Source of the DNA: an uncultured Pseudobdellovibrionaceae bacterium
GTDB lineage: Bacteria > Bdellovibrionota > Bdellovibrionia > Bdellovibrionales > UBA840
DNA: 33,104 nucleotides
Direction of reading: 5' to 3'
Assembly (NCBI GenBank): GCA_964653235.1
Contig: CAZZCP010000003.1
Location: 34,547 to 67,650 of the forward strand
In this document: positions 8,972 to 18,735 of the stretch, in pieces
Layout: the number at the start of each line of letters is the position of its first letter
How positions within the stretch are numbered: position 1 is the stretch's first letter
The notes under the pieces: generated by a model
What the model was told of the DNA's origin: nothing
Databases searched by the model: none
The model's input: only the letters and a program-made list of their open reading frames with translations
Translations under genes and position numbers: made by a program

Positions 8972-10843
8972 GTGCAAATGAACTACAATTACAGTCTATA
9001 TTTGGTTTTTTCTGTTTTTGTTTTTAGTGCATGTAGTTCAATTAAGACCGTTCGCAACAAAGATGAACTCACAAAAGTTACACCCAAGATTTTTGAACAA
9101 AGAGCTCCCGCCTCGATGGACCCACCACAAGACGACAAAAATCAATTTATTGACTCTGTGCATATTCGAAGTAAAGCAGACTATCATTTTACTATGGGCG
9201 AAGCATACAGCCTTGATGGAGAGACGGACAAAGCCATTGAGTCTTTTAAACTTACTTTAGTTTACGACCCAGATTCTGCTTTGGTAAGAGTTCGTTTGTC
9301 AGCAGAGTATATTAAAAAAGGCTTTATTAGCGAGGCAATCGAACAAGCTGAGCTCTCAATTCAAAAAGATCCCAATTTTCTGCCGGCTAGAATTTTGTTG
9401 GGTAGTCTTTACTCGACTCTGAAAATGTTTCCCAAAGCCAGAGCGCAATACCAGGCTATTTTAGACAAAGAGCCAAACAATGAAGAGGCACAACTTTATA
9501 TGGGTGCCCTATATGTAGAAGAGGGAAATGAAAAACTAGCAATTCGCCACTTTCAGAAATTGGCAAATAGAAAAGATGCAGAATCAGCTCATTTGGCCTA
9601 CTACTACCTTGGACGGCTATATTTTAACCAGAAGAAAATGGCAAGCTCGATCAACAGCTTTCAAAGAGCTCTTGAAATTCGCCCTCGCTTTGTAGAGGGA
9701 GTCTTAGCTCTAGGTTCGGTTTATGAAAGTGAACTCAAAAAAAAGCAGGCGATTGAATTGTACCAGAGTTATCAAGATCGTTTTGGCGACAGTTATCGAG
9801 TGGCAGAGCCTCTTGGAAGACTTTATATGGAAGAGGAACAACTGGGCCTCGCGTATCGTCAATTTGAAATCATTGACAAAGCAGCTCGCGCTAGCCTTAG
9901 CACCAAAGTAAAAATGGCCCTCATCTTGATTGAAAAAGACGATTATAAGATGGCGATCGTTAAACTCAAAGAAATTCTTAGAGAAGTGCCCGAGTCTGAT
10001 AAGATTCGTTTTTACTTGGCTGCAGTTTATGAGGAGATTCAAGATTTTAACTCTGCGATTGATGAGTTTCGAACAATTCCAGTAAGTAGTAGCTTTTACG
10101 TCGAAGCAACCATACACGGAGCATATTTATTAAAGCAGAAGAGTAGATATCGTGAGGCAGAAGAATGGGTGCAGTCAGCGATCGAAGCACGCCCAGATGC
10201 AGTTCAGCTTTACACTCTTCATGCCTCTCTTTTGGACGACCAAGAGAAATTTTCGCAAGGACTTGCCTTGATGTTGAAGGCTCAAGAGAGATTTCCTAAG
10301 AATGAGCAGGTTCTTTTCTTTTTAGGATCATTTTATGATAAGATGGGTAAGAAAAAAGAGACTCTTGTGCAGATGCAAGAAATCTTAAAAATCAATGCTG
10401 AAAATGTGCAGGCCTTAAACTATTTGGCATACACCTTGGCCGAGATGAATATTCGACTTGAAGAAGCAGAGAAATTTGCAATAAAGGCAAATTCTTTAAA
10501 ACAAGACGATCCTTATATAACAGATACGCTTGGCTGGATTCAATTTAAGCGCGGCAATTACAGCGAGGCTGTAAGAACTTTAGAGAGAGCCTATAGCCTA
10601 AGCACGACGGAAGGCATTATTGCCGAGCATCTAGGGGATGCTTATTATAGAAGCGAATTGCCGAGTAAAGCAAAACGCATTTATAAAAAAGCTCTGGAGT
10701 TACATAGTAGTGAAAAAGACAAAGCAAAAGTTCGAGCTAAAATTGCAGCTGTTGAGAATATGCTTTCTAACCTTCAAGCGATTAAAGCTGCAGGTGCCAA
10801 GTCGATTCAAAGACAACCTGCCAGCTCTTCTACTAAAGATTAG
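8972..10843 (+). CDS. TPR-repeat lipoprotein
   Basis: Lipobox FSAC; many TPR units; C-terminal ALNYLAYTLAE and DTLGWIQFKRG, EHLGDAY typical of TPR proteins encoded upstream of lolB. Confidence 0.92.
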   Translation: MQMNYNYSLYLVFSVFVFSACSSIKTVRNKDELTKVTPKIFEQRAPASMDPPQDDKNQFIDSVHIRSKADYHFTMGEAYSLDGETDKAIESFKLTLVYDPDSALVRVRLSAEYIKKGFISEAIEQAELSIQKDPNFLPARILLGSLYSTLKMFPKARAQYQAILDKEPNNEEAQLYMGALYVEEGNEKLAIRHFQKLANRKDAESAHLAYYYLGRLYFNQKKMASSINSFQRALEIRPRFVEGVLALGSVYESELKKKQAIELYQSYQDRFGDSYRVAEPLGRLYMEEEQLGLAYRQFEIIDKAARASLSTKVKMALILIEKDDYKMAIVKLKEILREVPESDKIRFYLAAVYEEIQDFNSAIDEFRTIPVSSSFYVEATIHGAYLLKQKSRYREAEEWVQSAIEARPDAVQLYTLHASLLDDQEKFSQGLALMLKAQERFPKNEQVLFFLGSFYDKMGKKKETLVQMQEILKINAENVQALNYLAYTLAEMNIRLEEAEKFAIKANSLKQDDPYITDTLGWIQFKRGNYSEAVRTLERAYSLSTTEGIIAEHLGDAYYRSELPSKAKRIYKKALELHSSEKDKAKVRAKIAAVENMLSNLQAIKAAGAKSIQRQPASSSTKD

Positions 10844-11429
10844 TCTTATTAGTGTATTGTGTTCTTGTGCACTAGGGCCTAAGAAATTCGAAGAATACCA
10901 AGAGGGAACTTGGACCATTCGGACTATGATTCGCGATAAGGTAAAAAAAGAGAGTGTCGTAGTTAATTTAGACACCTTAGCAATTCGCCCCAATCGAATG
11001 AGAATGGAGTTCATTACTCCTTTAGGGGTGCATTTGGGTAGTTTTGCTATGAATGAAAAAAAAGTTCAGTATGCTCTTCACAAAGAAAAAAAATTTTACC
11101 AAGGCAAAACCACAGCAAAAGCACTGCAACCATTGTTAAAGACAGAGCTCGATCCAAGGTGGTTATTACAGATTTTATTTGAGCAAAAACCAGGAGAGGG
11201 CTGGGTGTGTCAGCGCGACAAAGATCAATATTTAGAATCTTGTAGTAATGAAGAGGCTGAGATTCAGGTTCGTTGGTTGAAGCGCAAGGCTGAACAGAGA
11301 AACATAGAAATTCAGACAAACAGAGCCTTAATACAGATGAACCTGCGTTCATTCCAGCCTAAAGTCGAGGAATCAGAGTCTTCCTTTGAGTTGCAAAGCC
11401 CCAAAGGCTACCGAAAAATCAAAATCTAA
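10794..11429 (+). CDS. LolB-like / DUF4292-like lipoprotein (probable start GTG 10794 rather than 10638)
   Basis: Signal peptide with lipobox LCSC only from V53 of the track ORF; RPNRMRMEFITPLGVHLG is a LolA/LolB-fold motif; position downstream of TPR gene. Confidence 0.6.
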   Translation: MPSRFKDNLPALLLKISLISVLCSCALGPKKFEEYQEGTWTIRTMIRDKVKKESVVVNLDTLAIRPNRMRMEFITPLGVHLGSFAMNEKKVQYALHKEKKFYQGKTTAKALQPLLKTELDPRWLLQILFEQKPGEGWVCQRDKDQYLESCSNEEAEIQVRWLKRKAEQRNIEIQTNRALIQMNLRSFQPKVEESESSFELQSPKGYRKIKI

Positions 11430-11474
11430 TTCATAATAGAGCTAAGGCGATATGCCTTTCTTACAGGAGGCCCG

Positions 11475-13544
11475 ATGTCCAATTTTCAATTCAAAGATGT
11501 AGTAAATCGTTTACAGAAAGAAAATCATTTAGAAGAGCTCAACTGGACCGGGACTTTTAATGACTACATTCAAATCATCGAGAAGAATCCGATGGTTACT
11601 CGCAATGCCTTTCAAAGAATTTACGATATGATTCTTGAGGGCGGCACAGAGGAATATGAAGACTTTAAAAAGAGAGTCATTCACTATCGCTTTTTTGATG
11701 ATGAAACCAACAATGGCAAAGACGCAATTTTTGGCATGGACATTCCCTTAATGAAGCTTGTGAATATTTTAAGGTCAGCTGCTTTGGGCTATGGAACTGA
11801 AAAAAGGGTGATTCTTCTTCACGGTCCTGTCGGTAGCGCAAAGTCAACTATCTGTCGTTTGATTAAGCAGGGTTTGGAGAGGTATTCACGGACTGATAAA
11901 GGAGCTCTTTATACTTTTGATTGGATGGATGAGAGCAATACAGGAATATTAGGTAAAGGTGTTACACGTTTGCCAAGCCCGATGAATGAAGAGCCTTTAC
12001 TACTTATTCCGACTGAAATGAGAGAAGACTTTTTTGCCGAGCTAAACAAAGCCTGCCCTAAATGGGAGTACAAGGTAAAGCCCAAAGGTGACTTGAGTCC
12101 TCCTTCAAGATTTATCTTCAATCAATTTATGGAACACTACCATGGTGATGTGAATAAAGTCTTAGAGCATGTTCGGGTGCGAAGACTTCTGATAAGTGAA
12201 AAAGACCGTGTTGGCATTGGTACCTTTCAACCGAAAGATGAAAAAAATCAAGATTCTACTGAGCTCACTGGAGATATCAACTATCGTAAAATTGCGGAGT
12301 ATGGGTCTGATTCTGATCCGAGAGCCTTTAATTTTGATGGTGAATTCTGCGTTGCAAATCGAGGAATCATTGAATTTGTCGAGGTCTTAAAGCTAGACGT
12401 TGCCTTTTTGTATGATCTTTTGGGCGCATCGCAAGAGGGGGTGATTAAGCCGAAGAAATTCGCACAAACTCCGATCGACGAAGTTATTATTGGCCACACC
12501 AATGAACCAGAATATCGCAAACTGCAAAACAATGAATTTATGGAAGCCTTAAGAGATAGAACGGTAAAAGTAGATATTCCTTATATCACTCGTTGGGATA
12601 AAGAGATTCAAATCTATAAAAAAGATTTTAATGCTGAAAAAGTTCGAGGAATGAGTATTGCTCCTCATACCATTGAAATGGCCGCAATGTGGGCGGTCTT
12701 AACTCGTTTAGAAAAACCCAAAAAAGCAAATATTTCGAGAATGCAAAAACTCAAACTCTATGCGGGTAAATCGCTACCAGGTTTTACCGAAGAAAATGTT
12801 AAAGAGCTTCGCAAAGAGAGCATGAGAGAGGGTTTGGATGGAATTTCGGCTCGTTATATTCAAGACAAACTTTCGAACGCCTTGGTTCGAGCACAAAGTC
12901 AGGGCAAAGGTTGCGTGAATCCTTTTATGGTGATGAGTGAACTTGAATCGGGACTCAAAGGTCACTCTTTGATCAACTCTGATGAGAAGAAAGCAGATTA
13001 CATTGAGCTTTTGGGCCAGGTAAAACAAGAGTATGAAGATATTATTAAATCAGAAGTACAAAGAGCGATCAGTGCTGATGAAGGTGCACTGCAAAGACTC
13101 TGCGCCAACTACATTGATAATGTAAAGGCCTATACGCAAAAAGAAAGAGTCAGAAATACATTTACTGGTCAATATGAAGAGCCAGATGAAAGACTTATGC
13201 GTGACATTGAAGAAAAAGTCGAAATTCCTGAGTCGCAAAAAGATGATTTTCGTAGAGAGATCATGCACTACATCGGAGCTCTTTCTATTGAAAACCGAAA
13301 GTTTGACTATAAGGCCAATGAAAGGCTTCACAAGGCATTGGAGTTAAAACTTTTTGAAGATCAAAAAGATACCATCAAGCTCTCGACCCATGTGAGTTCG
13401 GTCGTGAACAAAGAAACACAAGAGAAGATTGGTATTGTGAAAACGCGCCTGATTAAAGATTTTGGCTATGATGAAATCTCTGCAATTGAAGTTCTCAACT
13501 ATGTAGCCAGTATTTTTGCTCGCGGCGATGTAAAGGGAGCTTGA
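11475..13544 (+). CDS. prkA: PrkA/YeaG AAA+ serine protein kinase
   Basis: [12 protein letters not shown] Walker [61 protein letters not shown]; RBS AGGAGG. Confidence 0.96.
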   Translation: MSNFQFKDVVNRLQKENHLEELNWTGTFNDYIQIIEKNPMVTRNAFQRIYDMILEGGTEEYEDFKKRVIHYRFFDDETNNGKDAIFGMDIPLMKLVNILRSAALGYGTEKRVILLHGPVGSAKSTICRLIKQGLERYSRTDKGALYTFDWMDESNTGILGKGVTRLPSPMNEEPLLLIPTEMREDFFAELNKACPKWEYKVKPKGDLSPPSRFIFNQFMEHYHGDVNKVLEHVRVRRLLISEKDRVGIGTFQPKDEKNQDSTELTGDINYRKIAEYGSDSDPRAFNFDGEFCVANRGIIEFVEVLKLDVAFLYDLLGASQEGVIKPKKFAQTPIDEVIIGHTNEPEYRKLQNNEFMEALRDRTVKVDIPYITRWDKEIQIYKKDFNAEKVRGMSIAPHTIEMAAMWAVLTRLEKPKKANISRMQKLKLYAGKSLPGFTEENVKELRKESMREGLDGISARYIQDKLSNALVRAQSQGKGCVNPFMVMSELESGLKGHSLINSDEKKADYIELLGQVKQEYEDIIKSEVQRAISADEGALQRLCANYIDNVKAYTQKERVRNTFTGQYEEPDERLMRDIEEKVEIPESQKDDFRREIMHYIGALSIENRKFDYKANERLHKALELKLFEDQKDTIKLSTHVSSVVNKETQEKIGIVKTRLIKDFGYDEISAIEVLNYVASIFARGDVKGA

Positions 13545-14644
13545 TGAGCATTCAGCAAGATCATCGTCGTTTTCGCGACATTGTAAAAGGCAAGATCAAA
13601 CAAAATTTTAAAAAATATATCACTCAAGGCGAGATGATTGGTAGACAAGAAAAAGAAATCGTCAAAATACCAGTACCGCAAATTGAGTTGCCTCGTTTTA
13701 AATATGGTTCCAATCAAGAAGGTGGGCAGGGACAAGGTGAAGGAGAAGGCCAAGAGGGTGGTGATGGCAAAGGCCCTGGTAAGGGCCAGCAACAAGCAGG
13801 TAAGGACGCTGCCCAACATGCCGTTGATGTTGAAGTGAGCTTTGATGAACTTGCTGAGATTTTAGGTGAAGAGCTTGAGCTTCCTCGTATCGAACCTCGC
13901 GGCAACAAACAAATCAATAGCGCCAAGTTAAAACTCAGAAGTATGTCAAATATTGGGCCGAATAGTTTGCGTAATTTTAAAGCATCTTACCGAGAGGCTC
14001 TAAAGCGCTCGATGATAGAAGAAACTTATGACCCTGACGAGCCCTTTATTGTGCCGATTAAAAGTGATATGCGCTATCGTTCGTTTAAAGAGGTTACAGC
14101 TCCAGAATCAAATGCTGTTGTGATTTATATGATGGATGTCTCGGGTTCAATGGGTGGAGAACAAAAAGAGATTGTACGCATTGAAAGTTTTTGGATCAAT
14201 ACCTGGCTGAAGCATCATTACAAAGGCCTGCAGACTCGTTTTATCATTCACGATGCCGCTGCTAGAGAAGTCGATGAAGATACTTTTTTTAAAACCAGCG
14301 AGGCGGGAGGAACACTCATTTCATCTGCCTACAATTTGTGTCGTAAAATCATTGAAGATGAGTACCCTATTGAAGAGTGGAATATCTATCCTTTTCATTT
14401 TAGTGATGGAGACAATTGGTCTTCGGATGACACAAAATATTGCCTAAAGCTTTTGAACGAAAAAATTCTACCCAAGGTCAATATGTTTGGCTACGGACAA
14501 GTTGAGAGCAAGTATGGCAGTGGGCAATTTATGAAAGATCTTGAGCGAGAGTTTAATGAGGATGAAAGAATCATTTTAAGCCAAATTGCTTCAAGAGAAA
14601 AAATAGCAGAATCTATACAAGAGTTTTTAGGAAGGGGTAAGTAG
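13544..14644 (+). CDS. yeaH: YeaH/YhbH (DUF444) vWA-like protein
   Basis: DHRRF...IK, G/Q-rich linker, LELPRIEP, MDVSGSM MIDAS, WNIYPFHFSDGDNW; TGATG overlap with prkA. Confidence 0.93.
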   Translation: MSIQQDHRRFRDIVKGKIKQNFKKYITQGEMIGRQEKEIVKIPVPQIELPRFKYGSNQEGGQGQGEGEGQEGGDGKGPGKGQQQAGKDAAQHAVDVEVSFDELAEILGEELELPRIEPRGNKQINSAKLKLRSMSNIGPNSLRNFKASYREALKRSMIEETYDPDEPFIVPIKSDMRYRSFKEVTAPESNAVVIYMMDVSGSMGGEQKEIVRIESFWINTWLKHHYKGLQTRFIIHDAAAREVDEDTFFKTSEAGGTLISSAYNLCRKIIEDEYPIEEWNIYPFHFSDGDNWSSDDTKYCLKLLNEKILPKVNMFGYGQVESKYGSGQFMKDLEREFNEDERIILSQIASREKIAESIQEFLGRGK

Positions 14645-16152
14645 TGATCGACTCTCACCTGCCTGATGAACTCCATGAGTGGCACCACAAAATTCGAAAA
14701 ATCGCGACCGACTATGGCTTAGATTTTTTTCCTGTCGTCTTTGAAATGGTAGACTATAAACAGATCAATGCCATTGCTGCCTATGGTGGTTTTCCGGTGC
14801 GCTACCCTCATTGGCACTTTGGAATGCAGTTTGAGCAACTACAAAAGAGCTACGACTACGGACTTTCTAAAATTTATGAATTGGTCATCAATACCAATCC
14901 GGTCTATGCCTACTTGTTGAAGGGCAATTTGATGATGGATCAAAAATTGGTTATGGCTCATGTATACGGACATGCTGATTTTTTTAAGAACAATCAATGG
15001 TTTGCTCCAACGAATAAGAAGATGATGGATACCATGGCCAATCATGCTACGCGGATTCGTCAATATATTGATCGCTTTGGTCGCGACCGAGTGGAAAGCT
15101 TTATTGATAAATGCCTCACACTTGAAAATCTCATTGATAGGTACAGTCCTTATATTGTGCGAACGACCGATCAAGACCGACTTGCAGAGAAGCAAAGAGT
15201 TCAAGAGAGCTTGCGAAACCGAGGTATTTTAGAAAATTATAGCAAAGAGATTAGACCTGATCTTTCGAGCACTGGGGAGGAGACTCCTCAAAAAGAGATT
15301 CGTTTTCCATCACGTCCTGAAAAAGACATCTTGCTCTTCTTAATTCACTACGCTCCTCTTGAAACCTGGCAACAAGATGTTTTGTCGATCATTCGTGATG
15401 AGGCCTATTATTTTGCACCCCAAGGAATGACCAAGATTATGAACGAGGGCTGGGCCTCTTACTGGCACTCTAAAATGATGACCAAAAATATTATGGATGA
15501 CAGAGAAGTGGTTACCTATGCCGACCATCATGCGGGTGCGATGGCAATGGACCCCATGGGATTTAATCCGTATAAGATTGGTATTGAACTGTTTCGCAAT
15601 ATTGAAGACCGTTGGAACAAAGGTCAGTTTGGCAAAGAGTGGGAAGATTGCGATAGTTTTGAAATGAAGCGAAGCTGGGATAAAAAAACCGGCTTAGGTC
15701 GGCAAAAAATCTTTCAAATACGGCGCGACTACAATGATATCAATTTTATTCGTGAGTTTTTGACTGAGGATTTTTGCATAGAGCATAAAATTTTTGTGTG
15801 GAACCAAGACCAGCAAACCGGGCAAAGGTTTTTTGATCCGAGCGTTTACCCAAAGATGAAACAAAAACTCCTTTTTCAGCTTACCAATGGTGGGCATCCT
15901 GTGATTTCATTGGTTGAGGCCAATTTTGAAGGACGAGGGGAGCTTTTGCTTGAGCACCTTCACGAAGGCATGGATTTACAAATGGCTCCAATGCAAGAGA
16001 CGATGAAGAACTTGGCCTACCTCTGGGGTAGACCGGTGAATATGAAAACTACGATGGATGAAGTTGACTTTATTTATCGTTGGGATGGCAAAGAATTTGA
16101 GAAAAATAAAATTGGTGAGAGTGTAAAACTCGAAGAAGTTGCCGAGACTTAA
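14644..16152 (+). CDS. spoVR: SpoVR/YcgB family protein
   Basis: GFPVRYPHWHFG, KIYELVINTNP, MAHVYGHADFFKNN, TKIMNEGWASYWH, NPYKIG; GTG start overlapping upstream TAG. Confidence 0.96.
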   Translation: MIDSHLPDELHEWHHKIRKIATDYGLDFFPVVFEMVDYKQINAIAAYGGFPVRYPHWHFGMQFEQLQKSYDYGLSKIYELVINTNPVYAYLLKGNLMMDQKLVMAHVYGHADFFKNNQWFAPTNKKMMDTMANHATRIRQYIDRFGRDRVESFIDKCLTLENLIDRYSPYIVRTTDQDRLAEKQRVQESLRNRGILENYSKEIRPDLSSTGEETPQKEIRFPSRPEKDILLFLIHYAPLETWQQDVLSIIRDEAYYFAPQGMTKIMNEGWASYWHSKMMTKNIMDDREVVTYADHHAGAMAMDPMGFNPYKIGIELFRNIEDRWNKGQFGKEWEDCDSFEMKRSWDKKTGLGRQKIFQIRRDYNDINFIREFLTEDFCIEHKIFVWNQDQQTGQRFFDPSVYPKMKQKLLFQLTNGGHPVISLVEANFEGRGELLLEHLHEGMDLQMAPMQETMKNLAYLWGRPVNMKTTMDEVDFIYRWDGKEFEKNKIGESVKLEEVAET

Positions 16153-16991
16153 TCTCTCACTTTGCAGGCGTAAATGTATTGGCTTTGTCTGCGGGCAACA
16201 CTGTTTCGATTGTATCTTTTCTTGCGAATCTTCCAGTTTTTATCGATATAAATATCTTCTCCTCTTTGAGTGCGACGGTAGACTTCTTGCAGCTCCATAG
16301 ATCGACAAAACTCAAACCTAGGTGCTTTTGCTTCTTCTAAAGCAAGTGTCACCGCAGAGACACTTGGTGTGTCAGCATCTTCATTAACGAGTAGAAACTC
16401 AAATTCATAATCAGAATAGTAGGTCGATTGAAGAACTCTTCGGTACGCATGAAGTGCATCAATCTGATCATACAATTTTACTGGATTACTCATCATTTTG
16501 GTTTTTTTGGCCTTATAGTCAACCACAAGAAGAATTGCGAGTCCGCTTTCAAAGACAACTTCGTAGGCAAATTGATCTTCAGCTCTTACAACAAGACGGC
16601 CGTTGTAAGTTGTAATGACTCGCTTGTTGATTTTATTTTGGTAAGAAAGCTCACCAAATTTTTGCTTCATAGTCTCTATATAAGGATTGCTTGGTTTAGT
16701 AGCGACAACAACAGGGGACTTTTGGGGAGCATCATCAAGAGTTTCGTCAGACACAACTACAAAAGAAGTGGGCGGAGAGTCAACAACCTCAAAAACGGGG
16801 CCTCGAGGTTCACGAAGATCGATAGCCTCTTCAACTTCAGTTTCAGTCTCTTCACTGCCCTGGCTTTGATCATCTTGGTTGTTGGTTACAGTCGCACCAG
16901 GGCTATTGGTTTTTTTCTTTCCACAAGCAACCAAAAGTCCAAGGCTAAAGCCAAAAACAAAAAGGATTTGTAAATAATGTCGGGCTTTCAT
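16149..16991 (-). CDS. Hypothetical lipoprotein (probable start ATG 16991, not 17081)
   Basis: GGAG RBS before MKARH; signal peptide with lipobox LVAC; a terminator and a sigma54 promoter lie inside the longer track ORF's 5' extension. Confidence 0.8.
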   Translation of the reverse strand: MKARHYLQILFVFGFSLGLLVACGKKKTNSPGATVTNNQDDQSQGSEETETEVEEAIDLREPRGPVFEVVDSPPTSFVVVSDETLDDAPQKSPVVVATKPSNPYIETMKQKFGELSYQNKINKRVITTYNGRLVVRAEDQFAYEVVFESGLAILLVVDYKAKKTKMMSNPVKLYDQIDALHAYRRVLQSTYYSDYEFEFLLVNEDADTPSVSAVTLALEEAKAPRFEFCRSMELQEVYRRTQRGEDIYIDKNWKIRKKRYNRNSVARRQSQYIYACKVRD

Positions 16992-17012
16992 AAATACTCC
17001 ACAATATTGATT

Positions 17013-17029
17013 TGCAAGTGCTAAGCCGG
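17013..17029 (-). promoter_or_regulatory. Putative sigma54 promoter
   Basis: Minus strand CCGGCTTAGCACTTGCA (GG-N10-GC, TTGCA) 22 bp upstream of ATG 16991. Confidence 0.55.
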
Positions 17030-17079
17030 CTGAAAAGTAAAAGAATGCAGTTTTGGCTGTATAGAAATCAAACAGAGAC

Positions 17080-17102
17080 AAAAAAGGCAGCCACTAGGCC
17101 CC
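17080..17102 (-). terminator. Rho-independent terminator
   Basis: Minus strand GGGGCC-TAGT-GGCTGCC then TTTTTT just after the stop at 17111. Confidence 0.55.
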
Positions 17103-17110
17103 TTAATTAT

Positions 17111-18493
17111 TTAGGGATTTTCTTCGAAAAACTGGGCCGCTTCATCTAAAAATTCAGGTCTAAGCCAGCTTTCATGATACAAAGTAAAGTTATCTTCGTA
17201 TTTCTCTAAAAAGGCTTTTTGCTTATACAATATGGCAGAGTGAAGACTGCCATGTTCATTTAAAATCATTCGATACTTTGCTTGCCTATCCGTCAAGTAA
17301 TTGCTGGCAAGAAAGTTTTCGTCATACCAAATTTTACTTAAAAACTCGAAATAAACTTCAGGCAGATCATAGCGAATAGGCAAGATTCCTACTTTGTTTG
17401 CGAGATAGCCTGATAAACCAAATTGAGTAAAAGAATCTACAGCCTTAGCAGTCTCGGCATATCTTCTTTTTAAATACTCTATTCTGTCTTTAACATTTTC
17501 GGGACTAACAGTTTGAGTGGTCTCTGAGTAGAACAAATAGAGCAAAGTTTCTTCAGCAGTTAAAACGCCAAGTTTACCAGTAGTAGTTTGAGCATTGAAA
17601 ACAGTGAATTTTTGATAGATGCTAGCAGCCCACTTTGGATAGCGAATCCAGCCAGTAAGAGGAAAGGCAGAAGAGCCGATATAGATAGCTGTTTTTGTCC
17701 AAAACCACCAGCCTGTATAATCATCCAAATTGTGTTGAGTTAAATCATATAAAAAATCTGCCTTTTGGCGAATGCTCATTTGACCAAAGCGCAGAATATG
17801 AAATTCTTTGTAAAGTCTTGTGAGTGCAAAAAAAGAAGCTATCAGGTCTTGTTTTTCAGTATCGCTCAATTGACAGCGAATCGTATCTTCTGGCCGCTCG
17901 AGCAGAAAACTTATATAAAGCGGAATAAGATATTGGTAGCTATGCCATTTGGCCTCATGATAGAAGTCTTTCTCATTGTTTCGATCTAAGGGGCGCAAAA
18001 CAGAATCAAGTAAGTATCTTTGTTCTGCAAGCAGTGTATCGAGTCGTTCAAAGTAATTGCTGCAAATTCTACTGTCTGAAAGCTCACGAGCGAGTTCATC
18101 GTAGGCATCAGGTACAGTGGCAGGGTACTTTCCAGAAATCAAATCACTACGAAGATGACGTTCTTTAGATAAGAGCCTTTGATGTATTTTTTGATATTGG
18201 ATTTGAAAATCACTCAGAGCCTGATCGATATCTGTTTTGATAATCCCATCAAGCCAACGAACTTGAATTATAGGCTTTAAGCCCCTGTGAAACTCACGCA
18301 TTAAGTAAAGTTCCATAATTTCATTTTGGTCTTTTTCTTTTTGGGTAATTTGTGGTTTCGGCTCTAAGGGAATTTTGTCTTTGGAGAGATTCTCTTTTTG
18401 TATGCCAGGACCCCGATCTGAGATCAGCTTAGATTCGTTGCCAGAATCAGAGCAGGCAAAAAGCAATAAAAAGACAAAGTATTTTGTATACAT
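17111..18493 (-). CDS. Hypothetical helical lipoprotein
   Basis: Short signal peptide with lipobox LFAC; 460 aa open frame; internal hydrophobic, Trp-rich segment; no family recognised. Confidence 0.78.
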   Translation of the reverse strand: MYTKYFVFLLLFACSDSGNESKLISDRGPGIQKENLSKDKIPLEPKPQITQKEKDQNEIMELYLMREFHRGLKPIIQVRWLDGIIKTDIDQALSDFQIQYQKIHQRLLSKERHLRSDLISGKYPATVPDAYDELARELSDSRICSNYFERLDTLLAEQRYLLDSVLRPLDRNNEKDFYHEAKWHSYQYLIPLYISFLLERPEDTIRCQLSDTEKQDLIASFFALTRLYKEFHILRFGQMSIRQKADFLYDLTQHNLDDYTGWWFWTKTAIYIGSSAFPLTGWIRYPKWAASIYQKFTVFNAQTTTGKLGVLTAEETLLYLFYSETTQTVSPENVKDRIEYLKRRYAETAKAVDSFTQFGLSGYLANKVGILPIRYDLPEVYFEFLSKIWYDENFLASNYLTDRQAKYRMILNEHGSLHSAILYKQKAFLEKYEDNFTLYHESWLRPEFLDEAAQFFEENP

Positions 18494-18505
18494 AGTTCAA
18501 TGAAA

Positions 18506-18522
18506 TGCATCATCTATGCCTA
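18506..18522 (-). promoter_or_regulatory. Putative sigma54 promoter (near-leaderless transcript)
   Basis: Minus strand TAGGCATAGATGATGCA (GG-N10-GC); predicted start about 18495, 2 nt before ATG 18493, which has no Shine-Dalgarno. Confidence 0.45.
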
Positions 18523-18601
18523 TGCCAAATGCAAATATATTGATCAAGACTAAAAATCTTTCACTCAATTACATACCTAAGACAAAATATGTCACTTTGA
18601 G

Positions 18602-18618
18602 CTGGTACTGACTTTGCT
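18602..18618 (+). promoter_or_regulatory. Putative sigma54 promoter
   Basis: CTGGTACTGACTTTGCT, a close match to YTGGCAC-N5-TTGCW. Confidence 0.65.
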
Positions 18619-18628
18619 TATTATAAGA

Positions 18629-18735
18629 TTATTCTATAGGTGGACTCAGGTCTTTTGACGGGATCAGGGAGATGTTAGGTTTGCTCATTCGTGGGTGTAA
18701 AAGAGCCCGCTCTGCAGTGCAGAGCGGGTTTTTTT
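18629..18735 (+). ncRNA. Candidate sigma54-dependent small RNA (~105 nt)
   Basis: Bounded by the sigma54 promoter at 18602-18618 and a GC hairpin with T7 tail at 18706-18735; no credible plus-strand CDS. Confidence 0.45.
18699..18735. terminator. Bidirectional rho-independent terminator
   Basis: CCCGCTCTGCA-G-TGCAGAGCGGG inverted repeat (18706-18728); TTTTTTT on plus, CTCTTTT on minus directly after the glnA stop. Confidence 0.85.

Noticed and set aside
10638-10793. N-terminal extension of the LolB-like ORF
   Set aside because: Overlaps the TPR gene by about 200 bp and would bury the signal peptide; GTG 10794 fits better
16428-16973. 181-aa plus-strand ORF
   Set aside because: Antisense shadow of the lipoprotein gene with no motif or RBS
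16992-17081. 5' extension of the 310-aa ORF
   Set aside because: Contains a predicted promoter and starts in a terminator U-tract; RBS and signal peptide fit ATG 16991
18640-18670. SRP RNA (TCAGGTC resembles the 4.5S core)
   Set aside because: Lacks the GGAA tetraloop and AGCAG of the conserved SRP helix
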